Assembly: GCA_004402915.1 (NCBI GenBank)
Contig: SORU01000004.1
Location: 11,525 to 75,524, forward strand
Reading direction: 5' to 3'
Length of the DNA: 64,000 nucleotides
Source of the DNA: Fidelibacterota bacterium MT.SAG.2
GTDB lineage: Bacteria > Fidelibacterota > SORT01
Shown here: positions 9,071 through 18,114 of the stretch, one piece after another
Layout of the letters: every line of letters begins with the position of its first letter
Position numbering within the stretch: position 1 is the first letter of the stretch
The notes under the pieces: generated by a model
Databases searched by the model: none
The model's input: only the letters and a program-made list of their open reading frames with translations
What the model was told of the DNA's origin: nothing
Translations under genes and position numbers: made by a program

Positions 9071-9460
9071 TTATAGTTCAATAATTGTGGGAAGAGTTGC
9101 TATACCCTCATAAGTTATGGTAGTTTTAACTAATGAACCCGGAATAACCTCTCTACTTATCAGCGTAAATTCCGTTTCCTTGACGCTTGTGATCTGATAT
9201 TCCGCGCTTAGCAGTGCTTGATCTATACCTAATAGTTCAATCTTATCTAATCCGGAGAAATTATCCGAACCTCCGCCCAGCACGGATGGTGTTCTCCAGT
9301 ATTCAGATGCTTTAAATGCAATCAGACTTACATCGTTAGACCAGTCTTCGGCTGTGGTATCATTAATAGCGCCGGATGATGCATGACTATAGACTATATT
9401 TATGGCAATGCTTGCGATAATTAGTGCAAGAAATAAAGCAAAATATTTGTTATTTGTCAT
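9071..9460 (-). CDS. hypothetical exported/anchored protein
   Basis: Start trimmed to MTNNKYFALFLALIIASIAINIV, an ATG with GAGGGA RBS. Single N-terminal TM or signal anchor. Confidence 0.5.
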   Translation of the reverse strand: MTNNKYFALFLALIIASIAINIVYSHASSGAINDTTAEDWSNDVSLIAFKASEYWRTPSVLGGGSDNFSGLDKIELLGIDQALLSAEYQITSVKETEFTLISREVIPGSLVKTTITYEGIATLPTIIEL

Positions 9461-9743
9461 TTTCTCCCTCAAACTTATCTGATCTATTTGTTCCATGCCT
9501 CTATAATACACTGATTGGATGAAGAAGTCTGTGACTTATATCACATTTCACACGATATACACGATAAACACAGAAGATGAGCATGAGTTGGAAATAGTGT
9601 TATTTTATTAAAACAAAAAAAGCGGGAATAATTAAATCGAATCAGGGACTTGAAGTTTTTATATCTATTGATTAGATTAAACTCATACTTTAGACAGTAG
9701 TTGATAATTAATTTTTTCTAATAAGATTGTAAAAGGATTCGGC

Positions 9744-10073
9744 ATGAACGTGTATGTAAATAATCTGTCACACGCTGAAATTAGCGGTGAACTCCGCACA
9801 GCATTTGAAGTTCATGGCACGGTCGCATCGGTTACAATAATCACCGACGAGTTCAATGGAAGAAAAAGGGGATTCGGTATCATCGAAATGCCTGACGAGA
9901 TCGAAGCAAAATCAGCCATTGAGGCGTTAGAAGGTATTAAGGTCGCTGGGCATGATCTTCATTTGAGTGACAGGCGAACTGTTTCGAGCCGAAGAGTAAG
10001 CCGGGACAGGCGGGATGACGTAAAGAGAAAACAGATGGGAGAACGTCGAAACAAGACCGAAAGACGCAAGTAG
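9744..10073 (+). CDS. RRM-type RNA-binding protein with Arg-rich C-terminal tail
   Basis: RNP-2 VYVNNL and RNP-1 RGFGIIEM motifs. Tail SRRVSRDRRDDVKRKQMGERRNKTERRK. Confidence 0.9.
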   Translation: MNVYVNNLSHAEISGELRTAFEVHGTVASVTIITDEFNGRKRGFGIIEMPDEIEAKSAIEALEGIKVAGHDLHLSDRRTVSSRRVSRDRRDDVKRKQMGERRNKTERRK

Positions 10074-10151
10074 ATTGAATGAGAAGATCGAAGAATCCAT
10101 TAGAACAATAGAGGAAGAATTCAATTCACTTAAAAGAGTCGATACAGATAA

Positions 10152-10177
10152 GTGCCGGAGGCGGGAGTCGAACCCGC
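10152..10177. repeat. distal att repeat: exact 26-bp copy of the 3' end of tRNA-Leu(CAA)
   Basis: GTGCCGGAGGCGGGAGTCGAACCCGC is identical to 22861-22886. No D or anticodon arm follows it. Confidence 0.8.
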
Positions 10178-10299
10178 TACCATAATCCTGTAAACCTTTG
10201 TTATCAATGCATACAGAGATCATAAAATCAAACCGGTACGGTGACGGTATTAATTATTCCAACATTATTATTTTTCGGATTACTGATGTATCATAGAGT

Positions 10300-10665
10300 A
10301 TGCAGAATAGAACACCATTAGATAAGAAGTATAGAGCTGTTAAACTCCTTTCAGCCTCTCAACGATTTTGGGGAAGTAGATTTGTTCCTCGATTTAGGGA
10401 AGTTGCCCGGGAATTAGATATGACACCTCAAAATTTAATTACTATTTGGCAGAATAGAGAAGCAATTGAGATTCGAGCAAATAGAAATCTCTCACAGAGT
10501 CAGATATCAAATATTAATGAAAATGAGATCAAACAAGTAGAAAAGAGGGCTAATCAGTTATTATCCAAACACGAAAATGACGACTACTCTAAAATGAAAG
10601 TAGATAAACTGATTGAGGCTATGGATGATATGTTCGAAGGTCTTTTACTTACTCTAAATCGATAA
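10300..10665 (+). CDS. hypothetical protein, possible HTH (island-borne)
   Basis: FREVARELDMTPQNLITIWQNRE looks like a helix-turn-helix. No family recognised. Confidence 0.4.
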   Translation: MQNRTPLDKKYRAVKLLSASQRFWGSRFVPRFREVARELDMTPQNLITIWQNREAIEIRANRNLSQSQISNINENEIKQVEKRANQLLSKHENDDYSKMKVDKLIEAMDDMFEGLLLTLNR

Positions 10666-10926
10666 TTGTCAATGTGTGTGCATGTAAGAGATAATATTTT
10701 CAAAAAGTACCATTAAGATACAAATCAGCTGAATCTTACTATATCACAGGTTTTATCCGGATTAAATGGATAAGGATTTTCATTTCCTTAGTTACTATTT
10801 AAGGTCAAATGTATGCAATATAATCTCAGTATACGCTGATTTGTTTGCATAAGAACTTGACACTGATAATTATCCCTTTTTTAATTTTTCAGTGGTGTGT
10901 AAGAGGGCATTATAACTAAGTAGGAA

Positions 10927-10955
10927 GGGGGCGCCCGCTTGATTGGGGGGTGTGG
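10927..10955 (+). repeat. island GC-rich motif, copy a (GGGGGCGCCCGCTTGATTGGGGGGTGTGG)
   Basis: Similar to copies at 14539-14570 and 19064-19098. Flanked by the 7-bp inverted repeat AAGTAGG/CCTACTT (10918-10924, 10956-10962). Confidence 0.5.
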
Positions 10956-10956
10956 C

Positions 10957-12225
10957 CTACTTCAACAACACCATCTTCCTCGTAAGGACGAAATCGCCTG
11001 CTTGGAGGCGGTAGAAGTAGATGCCTGAGGAAATGTTTGATGCGTTCCATTTGACCGTGTAACTTCCAGCTGGTTTTCGTTCATCGATTAGGTGAGCTAC
11101 TTCCTCTCCAATCAGGTTATACACCACGAGCGACACTTCCTCCGCTTTCGGGATAGAATACCTTATCACCGTCTCCGGGTTGAAAGGATTCGGGTAGTTC
11201 TGGCTTAATTCGTATTTCTCGGGAACGACTCCTTCATCCGCTATGCCAACTGATATCGAAGTTGCATAACCTATTTGGAACTTTTGACCAGAAGCTAGAC
11301 CAGTATACCATAAGTGGTATGAAGTACCATCATATAGCACTGAAGGAACTATAAGCATTGACCAATCCCAAACATTAAAAGGACCAACAGGAAGGACAGG
11401 GTTAGACGCGTGCTTCGTCCACACAAGTCCGTCTGTCGAGGTCGCATACCCGATTTGGGTTAATTGAGCCCCCCTTCCACCTTCATACCACATTTCGTAA
11501 ATACTCCCGTTGTAAATGACCGCATCCACGCCTGCTTTTGCGTTGTCCCATTCCCCAGAAGCTCCAAAGTTCATGACGGGGTTAGAGGGGTGCTTCGTCC
11601 AAGTGATACCATCCGGCGAGGTCGCATATCCAGTTCGAAAGTTGAAGTCGTTGCCGCCGGTGCCGATGTACCAACCTTGATAATCGCTTCCATTAAATAT
11701 CACGGCACTGATACCAGCCCAGAAGCCATCCCATTCCCCACCAGCTCCCACGTCCAGGACAGGGTTAGACGCGTGCTTCGTCCACACAATTCCGTCTGGC
11801 GAAGTCGCATATCCAGTTCGAGAGATTGCGCCATCATAGCCCCGATACCACATCTTGTAACTGCTTCCGTCAAAGATAACTGCTCCCGGAGTAACGCTTT
11901 CATCATCCCAGCTGCCGGATGGACCCAAGTCAATAACAGGGTTAGACGCGTGCTTTGTCCAGCTAATTCCATCAGATGATTCTGCATATCCAATTCGCCA
12001 TTTGCGGTCGGTGAATAATCCCCATCCGGCATACCACATCTTGAAAGTGCTGCCGTCGAGTATTACTTCCGAAAAAGCGGCTGCCTCGTTTTCCCACGAT
12101 TCAGCTGGTCCTTTACGTAACACGGGATTACCTTCATACTTTGTCCAATCGGTTTGTGCCTGTGTGGCTGTCCCTACTGGAATGAACAGCGATGCTGCAA
12201 TAAATATGATAGTAACTTTCTTCAT
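10957..12225 (-). CDS. secreted 5-bladed beta-propeller protein (GH43/GH130/DUF377-like blades) with T9SS C-terminal sorting domain
   Basis: Signal peptide. Five reiterations of W.Y.G....(I)GYA.S.DGI.WTKH.SNPV. C-terminal QNYPNPFNPETV...SGIYFYRLQAGDFVLTRKMVLLK. Confidence 0.8.
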   Translation of the reverse strand: MKKVTIIFIAASLFIPVGTATQAQTDWTKYEGNPVLRKGPAESWENEAAAFSEVILDGSTFKMWYAGWGLFTDRKWRIGYAESSDGISWTKHASNPVIDLGPSGSWDDESVTPGAVIFDGSSYKMWYRGYDGAISRTGYATSPDGIVWTKHASNPVLDVGAGGEWDGFWAGISAVIFNGSDYQGWYIGTGGNDFNFRTGYATSPDGITWTKHPSNPVMNFGASGEWDNAKAGVDAVIYNGSIYEMWYEGGRGAQLTQIGYATSTDGLVWTKHASNPVLPVGPFNVWDWSMLIVPSVLYDGTSYHLWYTGLASGQKFQIGYATSISVGIADEGVVPEKYELSQNYPNPFNPETVIRYSIPKAEEVSLVVYNLIGEEVAHLIDERKPAGSYTVKWNASNISSGIYFYRLQAGDFVLTRKMVLLK

Positions 12226-12300
12226 TTTAACCTCCTAACTACTTTCTTAGATTGACATAGAGCGAAATGGTGTGTCATAACTTACGTTTATGGGACACTG

Positions 12301-14172
12301 TTATTTGAGGAGTAGCATCTTGCGAGTTTGCACGAAATCGCCTGCTTGGAGGCGGTAGAAGTAGATTCCAGAGGTGAAGTTTGATGCATCCCAAATAACT
12401 TGGTGATTCCCTGCTTGCTGAAAACCGTCAACGAGACTGGTTACTTCTTCAGCCAAAAGATTATACACCGTCAATCTCACCTCTCTCGATTTAGGGAGTG
12501 TATATTCTATTGTAGTTGTAGGATTAAATGGGTTGGGATAAGCATTAGATAGAGCATATTCTGTTGGTAATTCAGTTATCTCATCCTCAACTCCTATTCC
12601 AATACCAGGTGGCACAGCCAATACAAAACTATCTGTCCAATAAGTAAATCCTTCACTCGAAATCTCAATATCAAATGGAATAAGTAGCACTTCAGCTGAA
12701 GCACAAATTGAATTAATCACTACTTTGAATTCATAAAAGCTTGGTTGCATACTGCTTCCTCCAGCAGATATATCACCATAATGGGCAAATCCCGAAATAA
12801 TACTTCCTACACACATATCGGAAGTGGATATCTTAGCCCCTATGTCACTTGCAGTCGCCGCCAAACCATTATTAGCTAATGTCAAAGTAAAGAAATAACT
12901 ACTACTATTACTGGATGTGCTATCTTGACCGTCATAAACTATTGGACCGATCGTTGTGAATGTAGCTAATCCATGAGGACCAAGATACTCATTATCATCA
13001 AGATCCATGGTGCTGACATGAACGGAGAAATGGGATTCCATCGATTGAGGTTGAATCGTGCCACCTACCAAACCGTCAAGTGCAGATCCATCACCATGTT
13101 CACCATCATCAAACAATAGGATACTATCCACGAGTGTGCTATCGAAACTCTGAATAATGGCATGGGCGGTATAGGAATGATCATCCGTATTTGTAATTTG
13201 AGCCGTAACGGCTATCATAGCCGGTCTTCTCCCGATAATCATGAAGGATGAACTCAGCTCTAAATTAATTGCCCATACGCCGTTTATTGAGAAACTGTCG
13301 CTGTTGAAGAATTTCCATAATTCTACATCGGCGATAATATCACGATTTGTAGGTCCAAAGATAGGAAATGTCACTTCCCACTCTTCACTCCATCCAGGCC
13401 ACGTATGACCAACCCCATACATTTTATATAACACAACTGAAGAATTTTCCGTACAGTTTCGATGAATAAAGACGTCGATATAACCTCCATCCCAAGGATC
13501 AATATCCGGCAATCGGATAGTATCGGCTGGAAGGACACAGCCATTTATGGCAAGCCACTGATCCATGGTTTCCTCTACGGAAAACTGTCCAGCCGGTCCA
13601 CCTACACCATTATAGAGAACAATTGGATCAGCGGTACCGTGCATAAATAACATCGGTATCGGAAAGGCAGAATTACAGCTCGCGGTTGTCGTTCTGGTCA
13701 TTGCCCCCGAGACTGACGCGGCTTTAGCAAAACGATCGTTCAACTCACAGGCAAGTCTGACAGTCATAGCTCCACCATTGGAAAATCCGAACACATAGAT
13801 GCGGTCCAAATCGATAGCATAATCAGCCTGAAGAGTATCAATGAGTGCGGAAATGAATCCGACATCGTCAACATTCGGAGTCTGAAAATTGATCCCGCTA
13901 TTCCATCTGTCATCGATTGCCTTAGGATAACAGACTATGAATCCCGCTGTGTCTGCAACCTCCTTCATGAAGGTATAATTCATATGGTCTTCTGCTGATA
14001 CATCATAACCGTGGAGGGAAAACACTAGCGGGCCATTCGGTCCACTCGAACTTGGCACATACATTATGTATTCTCGTTCAAGACCATCATGCATAATGCT
14101 GCCATATTCCACTTGGCCAAAAGCAATACTACTAAACAGGATGACTATTAAGCCGACTGTAGATTTTTTCAT
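12301..14172 (-). CDS. secreted esterase (PHB depolymerase / feruloyl esterase family) with T9SS C-terminal sorting domain
   Basis: Start trimmed to MKKSTVGLIVILFSSIAFGQ. LVFSLHGY...KAIDDRWN...GFSNGG (GxSxG) and HGTADP fit the LpqC/PHB-depolymerase esterase fold. C-terminal NAYPNPFNPTT...SGIYFYRLQAGDFVQTRKMLLLK. Confidence 0.8.
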   Translation of the reverse strand: MKKSTVGLIVILFSSIAFGQVEYGSIMHDGLEREYIMYVPSSSGPNGPLVFSLHGYDVSAEDHMNYTFMKEVADTAGFIVCYPKAIDDRWNSGINFQTPNVDDVGFISALIDTLQADYAIDLDRIYVFGFSNGGAMTVRLACELNDRFAKAASVSGAMTRTTTASCNSAFPIPMLFMHGTADPIVLYNGVGGPAGQFSVEETMDQWLAINGCVLPADTIRLPDIDPWDGGYIDVFIHRNCTENSSVVLYKMYGVGHTWPGWSEEWEVTFPIFGPTNRDIIADVELWKFFNSDSFSINGVWAINLELSSSFMIIGRRPAMIAVTAQITNTDDHSYTAHAIIQSFDSTLVDSILLFDDGEHGDGSALDGLVGGTIQPQSMESHFSVHVSTMDLDDNEYLGPHGLATFTTIGPIVYDGQDSTSSNSSSYFFTLTLANNGLAATASDIGAKISTSDMCVGSIISGFAHYGDISAGGSSMQPSFYEFKVVINSICASAEVLLIPFDIEISSEGFTYWTDSFVLAVPPGIGIGVEDEITELPTEYALSNAYPNPFNPTTTIEYTLPKSREVRLTVYNLLAEEVTSLVDGFQQAGNHQVIWDASNFTSGIYFYRLQAGDFVQTRKMLLLK

Positions 14173-14446
14173 CCAGGTCTCCAAGGTTAACCTATTGCCT
14201 CCCCACACCCCACAGCCCATTTATATCTATAAACATGATTTCTGATTTGTCTTGTTTACAAGATATGAATAATATCTGCCAAATCAAGATTTTAATTAGT
14301 GTGCCCATTCTGTGCCCAACTAAAGATAACAAAACGGAACGAATCGGAATGAATCGTAGCAAAACGACACTTGGGTAAATCCCCGATATTAGGGGATTAG
14401 AAGAGCATATTGGGCTCTATTATTGGTTTTTACCTCTTTTGAGGCA

Positions 14447-14488
14447 TAGCGGGAGAGTCTGGGAATCGAACCCAGCGGATCTAATCGC
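14447..14488 (-). other. orphan tRNA 3' fragment (T-arm plus 3' acceptor strand, no 5' half)
   Basis: The reverse complement reads GATTAGATCCGCTGGGTTCGATTCCCAGACTCTCCCGC: CTGGG-TTCGATT-CCCAG T-arm, then ACTCTCC. The sequence 5' of it has no D or anticodon arm. Confidence 0.6.
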
Positions 14489-14538
14489 CCCGTAAATTTT
14501 CATAAAGTGTGCAAGAGCGGTATATAACTATATTTGAT

Positions 14539-14570
14539 GGGGTGTCCCCAAAGGTTAGGGGGTATGCCCC
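14539..14570 (+). repeat. island GC-rich motif, copy c (GGGGTGTCCCCAAAGGTTAGGGGGTATGCCCC)
   Basis: Two GGGG-N3-CCCC mini-hairpins. Alignable with 19064-19098 and 10927-10955. An inverted relative lies at 14183-14218. Confidence 0.5.
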
Positions 14571-14598
14571 TTTAATATTATTTTTAAGGAGGTTTCAA

Positions 14599-14802
14599 TT
14601 GATAGATACACACAAACGTTTCGAAAGGGCTTGGAAGGATTTAAACGAGGAACAAAGAGCGGGTATCGACAAGAGAATAGCCAAAATAATGTATTTTGCT
14701 GGTGTGATCGACGGTATGACGTCTTCCACAGATAGTCTTAAATCTATGCATGTACCGGAGATCGTTAAAGAGATATTAAAATCAGGAACTCCGAATAAAT
14801 AG
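14599..14802 (+). CDS. small hypothetical protein (67 aa)
   Basis: The track ORF is trimmed to the TTG at 14599, which has AAGGAGG 6 nt upstream. The upstream part of the track ORF merely translates the GC-rich motif. Confidence 0.5.
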   Translation: MIDTHKRFERAWKDLNEEQRAGIDKRIAKIMYFAGVIDGMTSSTDSLKSMHVPEIVKEILKSGTPNK

Positions 14803-15102
14803 ATTATATGTATGGTATCAACCCAGTTTTCAATTCAGCATCTTAGCATTTCCAATGATGCCATATAACAGGAACATGTAGTTCTTAGTAGACTCGAAAT
14901 GCAGACAGCTGAAATCGACAAAATTCGATTTTAAGATATGCTTGTCGTTCAGGGTAGTATCAAATATATATCAAAGTTTTGACGAGCTTACAATGGCAAA
15001 TAGAAAATTAAGTGCCCCTATGTTGTAGCTACTTGCATGACCAGTGATTTCTTGTATAGATACATTTGCCACATTTACGCCCTTTGGAGTTTTGCAACCC
15101 AA

Positions 15103-15303
15103 TTAACTTATTTGTGATAACTTTCGAGTAACTCTTTTATAAATCGAAGAGGGGAAAATAACACACTTTCCAACACTACCATCCGGATATCTATATGTTG
15201 CATCAACTTCTACTTTCTTCCAGCGAATTATCTTAGAAAATATGCTTGGATCGTCGGTATACAGTTTATACCAGCCCTTTCCATATTGCCATATCTCGAT
15301 CAT
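15103..15303 (-). CDS. small hypothetical protein, last gene of the island replication operon
   Basis: Its start overlaps the dnaB stop by 4 nt. No family recognised. Confidence 0.5.
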   Translation of the reverse strand: MIEIWQYGKGWYKLYTDDPSIFSKIIRWKKVEVDATYRYPDGSVGKCVIFPSSIYKRVTRKLSQIS

Positions 15304-16622
15304 GAGTTTCCCTTTAATGCTGATTTCATTTCACTTTTGTTATCACATGTGTATTTCCCTGATTTTGGTTCAAATTCGAGGATTATATTTCCCGTTCTTC
15401 CGTGTCTGTTTTTTGCGATAAATATACATACTTTACCTTCCGGTTCCCTTTGATCGTACTTGTGAAGCCAATGAATAAGTAAGACAACATCCCCACTTTC
15501 TTCAAGTGATCCACTACCTTTAAGATTCTCAGCGCGAGGTAGTTTATCGCCTGGTTCAGAACCTCGATTTATTTGAGACAGAATTATTACTACACATTTT
15601 TCTATCTTGGCAATATGTTTTAATCCCTTCATTATTTCTTCGATCTGGTATGCCCGATTCTCGCCTTTTGAAAATCTCATGTGTTGGATAAAATCCACAA
15701 TCAGGACATCAGGTTTATGTGTTATAACAGATTTATGAATTGAGTTTAGAGTATACAGATCATCCAAAAGGGTAAAATTATCGAGGTTATAAAACTCTCT
15801 ACCTTTGTCGTTTATTATCTCTCTTTCTTCGGTGGTAAGCCAACCGCTACGCAATTTTTCATAGGGTATACCCGTACCCAATGAAATGATCTTTTTAAAC
15901 AATTCCGATTTTGTCATTTCCAGCGATACAAACAATACCTTCTTGCCACTGACAGCCAAATTATAAGCGAAATTCACCGCGAGACTTGTCTTTCCCTGTG
16001 AAGTACGTCCACCCAGAACAATCAAGTTTCCGGGTTGAAAGCCTCCCGTCATTCGGTCTATGCTTTCGAATCCCGTTAATAAACCTTTCGACTCTTCTCT
16101 CTGTATGCCATCTACCACCCTCGATAGTTCTTCTGAATAGTTATAGTCATTAATCGTGTTACCCCTTGATAACAGGTTAATCTTCTCTCTGTAGGATTCT
16201 ATCAGTTCCATGCTCGCCGTTGAATCGTTATATCCATCTGCGGTCATTGTCACTCCGAGCGAAATAAGTTGCCGGTGTAAAGCCTTCTCAATAACGATGT
16301 TTATATGAAAGTTTACGTTAGAGGTAGATGGCGTACTTTCAAGAAGCCCTGTAACGTAATAACTCCCACCTACTTTTTTGAGTTGACCTAAACGCTTTAG
16401 TTTATCCGATACCGTTATCTGGTCAATTGGAAGTGAATCATCAAACAGTTTTTTCATGGCAGAGAAGATGTCTCTGTGAATATCAAAGTAGAATAGAGTG
16501 GGATCCGCTATTCTGGCAATCGTATTCGGAACAATGTCTTTACTCATCATCATAGCCCCAAGAACTGCTTCCTCGGCTTCTCTTGAATGTGGAGGGATAC
16601 GGTTGTTGTCTGCCCCATTCAT
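15300..16622 (-). CDS. dnaB: replicative DNA helicase DnaB (island-encoded)
   Basis: N-terminal PPHSREAEEAVLGAMM, Walker A GGRTSQGKTSLAVN, DFIQHM, and an SQINR-type motif. Confidence 0.9.
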   Translation of the reverse strand: MNGADNNRIPPHSREAEEAVLGAMMMSKDIVPNTIARIADPTLFYFDIHRDIFSAMKKLFDDSLPIDQITVSDKLKRLGQLKKVGGSYYVTGLLESTPSTSNVNFHINIVIEKALHRQLISLGVTMTADGYNDSTASMELIESYREKINLLSRGNTINDYNYSEELSRVVDGIQREESKGLLTGFESIDRMTGGFQPGNLIVLGGRTSQGKTSLAVNFAYNLAVSGKKVLFVSLEMTKSELFKKIISLGTGIPYEKLRSGWLTTEEREIINDKGREFYNLDNFTLLDDLYTLNSIHKSVITHKPDVLIVDFIQHMRFSKGENRAYQIEEIMKGLKHIAKIEKCVVIILSQINRGSEPGDKLPRAENLKGSGSLEESGDVVLLIHWLHKYDQREPEGKVCIFIAKNRHGRTGNIILEFEPKSGKYTCDNKSEMKSALKGNS

Positions 16623-17437
16623 GACATTACCTCATACGGTCTGATAGGCTCTTCCGGTATTGGTGGTTCCATATTAAATGCAAACACATCAAAATATCTC
16701 GTACCGTCTTTATCATCCCTTCTGAATTTTACTGGCGATAGGCAGGTTGCCCTCCAAAATTGATCTGAAGTTACCCACATGATAATTTCCTCGATTTTAG
16801 AATATTCTTCTCCATCAATACGATGTAGTTTTACAATAGAATCTGTCCAGGTTTTTAGAGTATGTTCTTTTTTGCTTTCCCTTATATTTACCCCACTCAT
16901 TTTTAGGAATAGGTGTGCTAATCTTTTTGCTTCTTCAGAATACTCTAACCTCGAATCATTTTTTCGATTCGAAGGTTTCTTTAATATATTTCTTTTTTCT
17001 TTTGTGGTAGTCTGTTTCGAGTACAATTTTGTAGTCTGTTTAGAGTACTCTTTGTAGTCTGTTTTGACTACAATTGAATTATCCTTTGTAGTCTGTTTCG
17101 ATGACAAACCAATCCACTTGTCGTAATCTTTCTGTAGTCGATACTCATAGTCCCCTCTTTTACTACAGGGTTTTCTTTCAATCACCATTTTATAAAGTAA
17201 TTTATTGACCGCTCGGTGAACATTTTGCTTTGGAATACCCGTATAATTTGAAAATTGCGAATAAGCGATCCTATCCCAGATTTTTTTATTGCCATTATTG
17301 TCGATATACCCCCAAGTCTTTCGGATAATCACATCGACTATCCTTCTCTCGGATGCCGGTACATTCAATCTTGCGAGAGCTTCGAGAATTTCATTCGAAA
17401 TCGAGGTATATCCATTTTCTTTTTGTGGATTTGCCAT
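16619..17437 (-). CDS. replication initiator, phage lambda O-like N-terminal winged-helix domain
   Basis: GYTSISNEILEALARLNVPASERRIVDVIIRKTWGY resembles the Phage_rep_O N-domain. The central SKQTT peptide repeats are encoded by the iterons. It overlaps dnaB by 4 nt. Confidence 0.7.
   Translation of the reverse strand: MANPQKENGYTSISNEILEALARLNVPASERRIVDVIIRKTWGYIDNNGNKKIWDRIAYSQFSNYTGIPKQNVHRAVNKLLYKMVIERKPCSKRGDYEYRLQKDYDKWIGLSSKQTTKDNSIVVKTDYKEYSKQTTKLYSKQTTTKEKRNILKKPSNRKNDSRLEYSEEAKRLAHLFLKMSGVNIRESKKEHTLKTWTDSIVKLHRIDGEEYSKIEEIIMWVTSDQFWRATCLSPVKFRRDDKDGTRYFDVFAFNMEPPIPEEPIRPYEVMS
17005..17105. repeat. iteron array (putative origin of replication of the island) inside the initiator gene
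   Basis: Four 20-nt units T(T/G)GTAGTCTGTTTnGAnnAC start at 17005, 17029, 17052 and 17086. An A/T-rich tract lies at 16981-17003 next to them. Confidence 0.7.
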
Positions 17438-17465
17438 TCAAATTCTCCATAATTACATCATGCTT

Positions 17466-17768
17466 TTATATAAATTCATGATCATAAATAATTGATTTTA
17501 GATCATCGATCGAGCTTTTGTATAATATGGCTGAAATCTTACCACCATTTTCATAATCCATAATTACATCTCTTGCTTTGGGTTCGAAAAGAAAATAGAC
17601 TGACTTTCCTTCTCGGATAATATCAACCATTTTGACGCCCTTTGACTTAATAAAAGCTGCGCCCCAAATATCTTTTATTTTTAATATTTTAACCTCGTTT
17701 TTTGGATTCAACATTCCTTTTTCCTTTAATTCATTGAGATAGACTGATATATGTTTAAATTCACCCAT
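17466..17768 (-). CDS. small hypothetical protein (resembles DUF5659-type phage proteins, unverified)
   Basis: AAFIKSKGVKMVDIIREGKSVYFLFE...DDLKSIIY pattern. Its start overlaps the xis-like gene stop by 8 nt. Confidence 0.45.
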   Translation of the reverse strand: MGEFKHISVYLNELKEKGMLNPKNEVKILKIKDIWGAAFIKSKGVKMVDIIREGKSVYFLFEPKARDVIMDYENGGKISAILYKSSIDDLKSIIYDHEFI

Positions 17769-17994
17769 TCATTGGCTCCCAGCCACGCTCTTGTAGCCAT
17801 TTCTTCACGTTTTCTTTTGCAAATCGAAGTCGTTTAGGTGAGACCCTGATGACTGGAAATTGTTGTGTAAGAACCAATGAATATAAGCGCTCACGGCTGA
17901 TTCCGAGCCAAGAGGATAATTCTTTCGAATTGTAAAGAAGTGGAAGTCCGCTCGGAATATCTTCGTCTACTATCTTATTTACATCTTTTTCCAT
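17761..17994 (-). CDS. xis: excisionase-family HTH DNA-binding protein
   Basis: SKELSSWLGISRERLYSLVLTQQFPVIRVSPKRLRFAKENVKKWL fits the Xis/AlpA/MerR-type HTH_17 pattern. It sits at the head of the replication module. Confidence 0.65.
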   Translation of the reverse strand: MEKDVNKIVDEDIPSGLPLLYNSKELSSWLGISRERLYSLVLTQQFPVIRVSPKRLRFAKENVKKWLQERGWEPMNG

Positions 17995-18114
17995 ATGGAA
18001 AAGAATCTATGATAAGTATAACTCTTCTGTCAACGGATATAAGAAAAGGCGATTAAGATGCTCTCTTTTTTCTACCTTAAGATATTATGTTTAAAGAATA
18101 TAGGCTTTAGTTAT

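Noticed and set aside
11464-11979. 171-aa plus-strand ORF (also 11700-12032 and 12002-12238)
   Set aside because: These are shadow ORFs antisense to, or out of frame with, the GC-rich repetitive propeller gene. They are low-complexity, Arg/Ser/Pro-rich translations. The minus-strand frame has a signal peptide, a blade periodicity and a T9SS tail.
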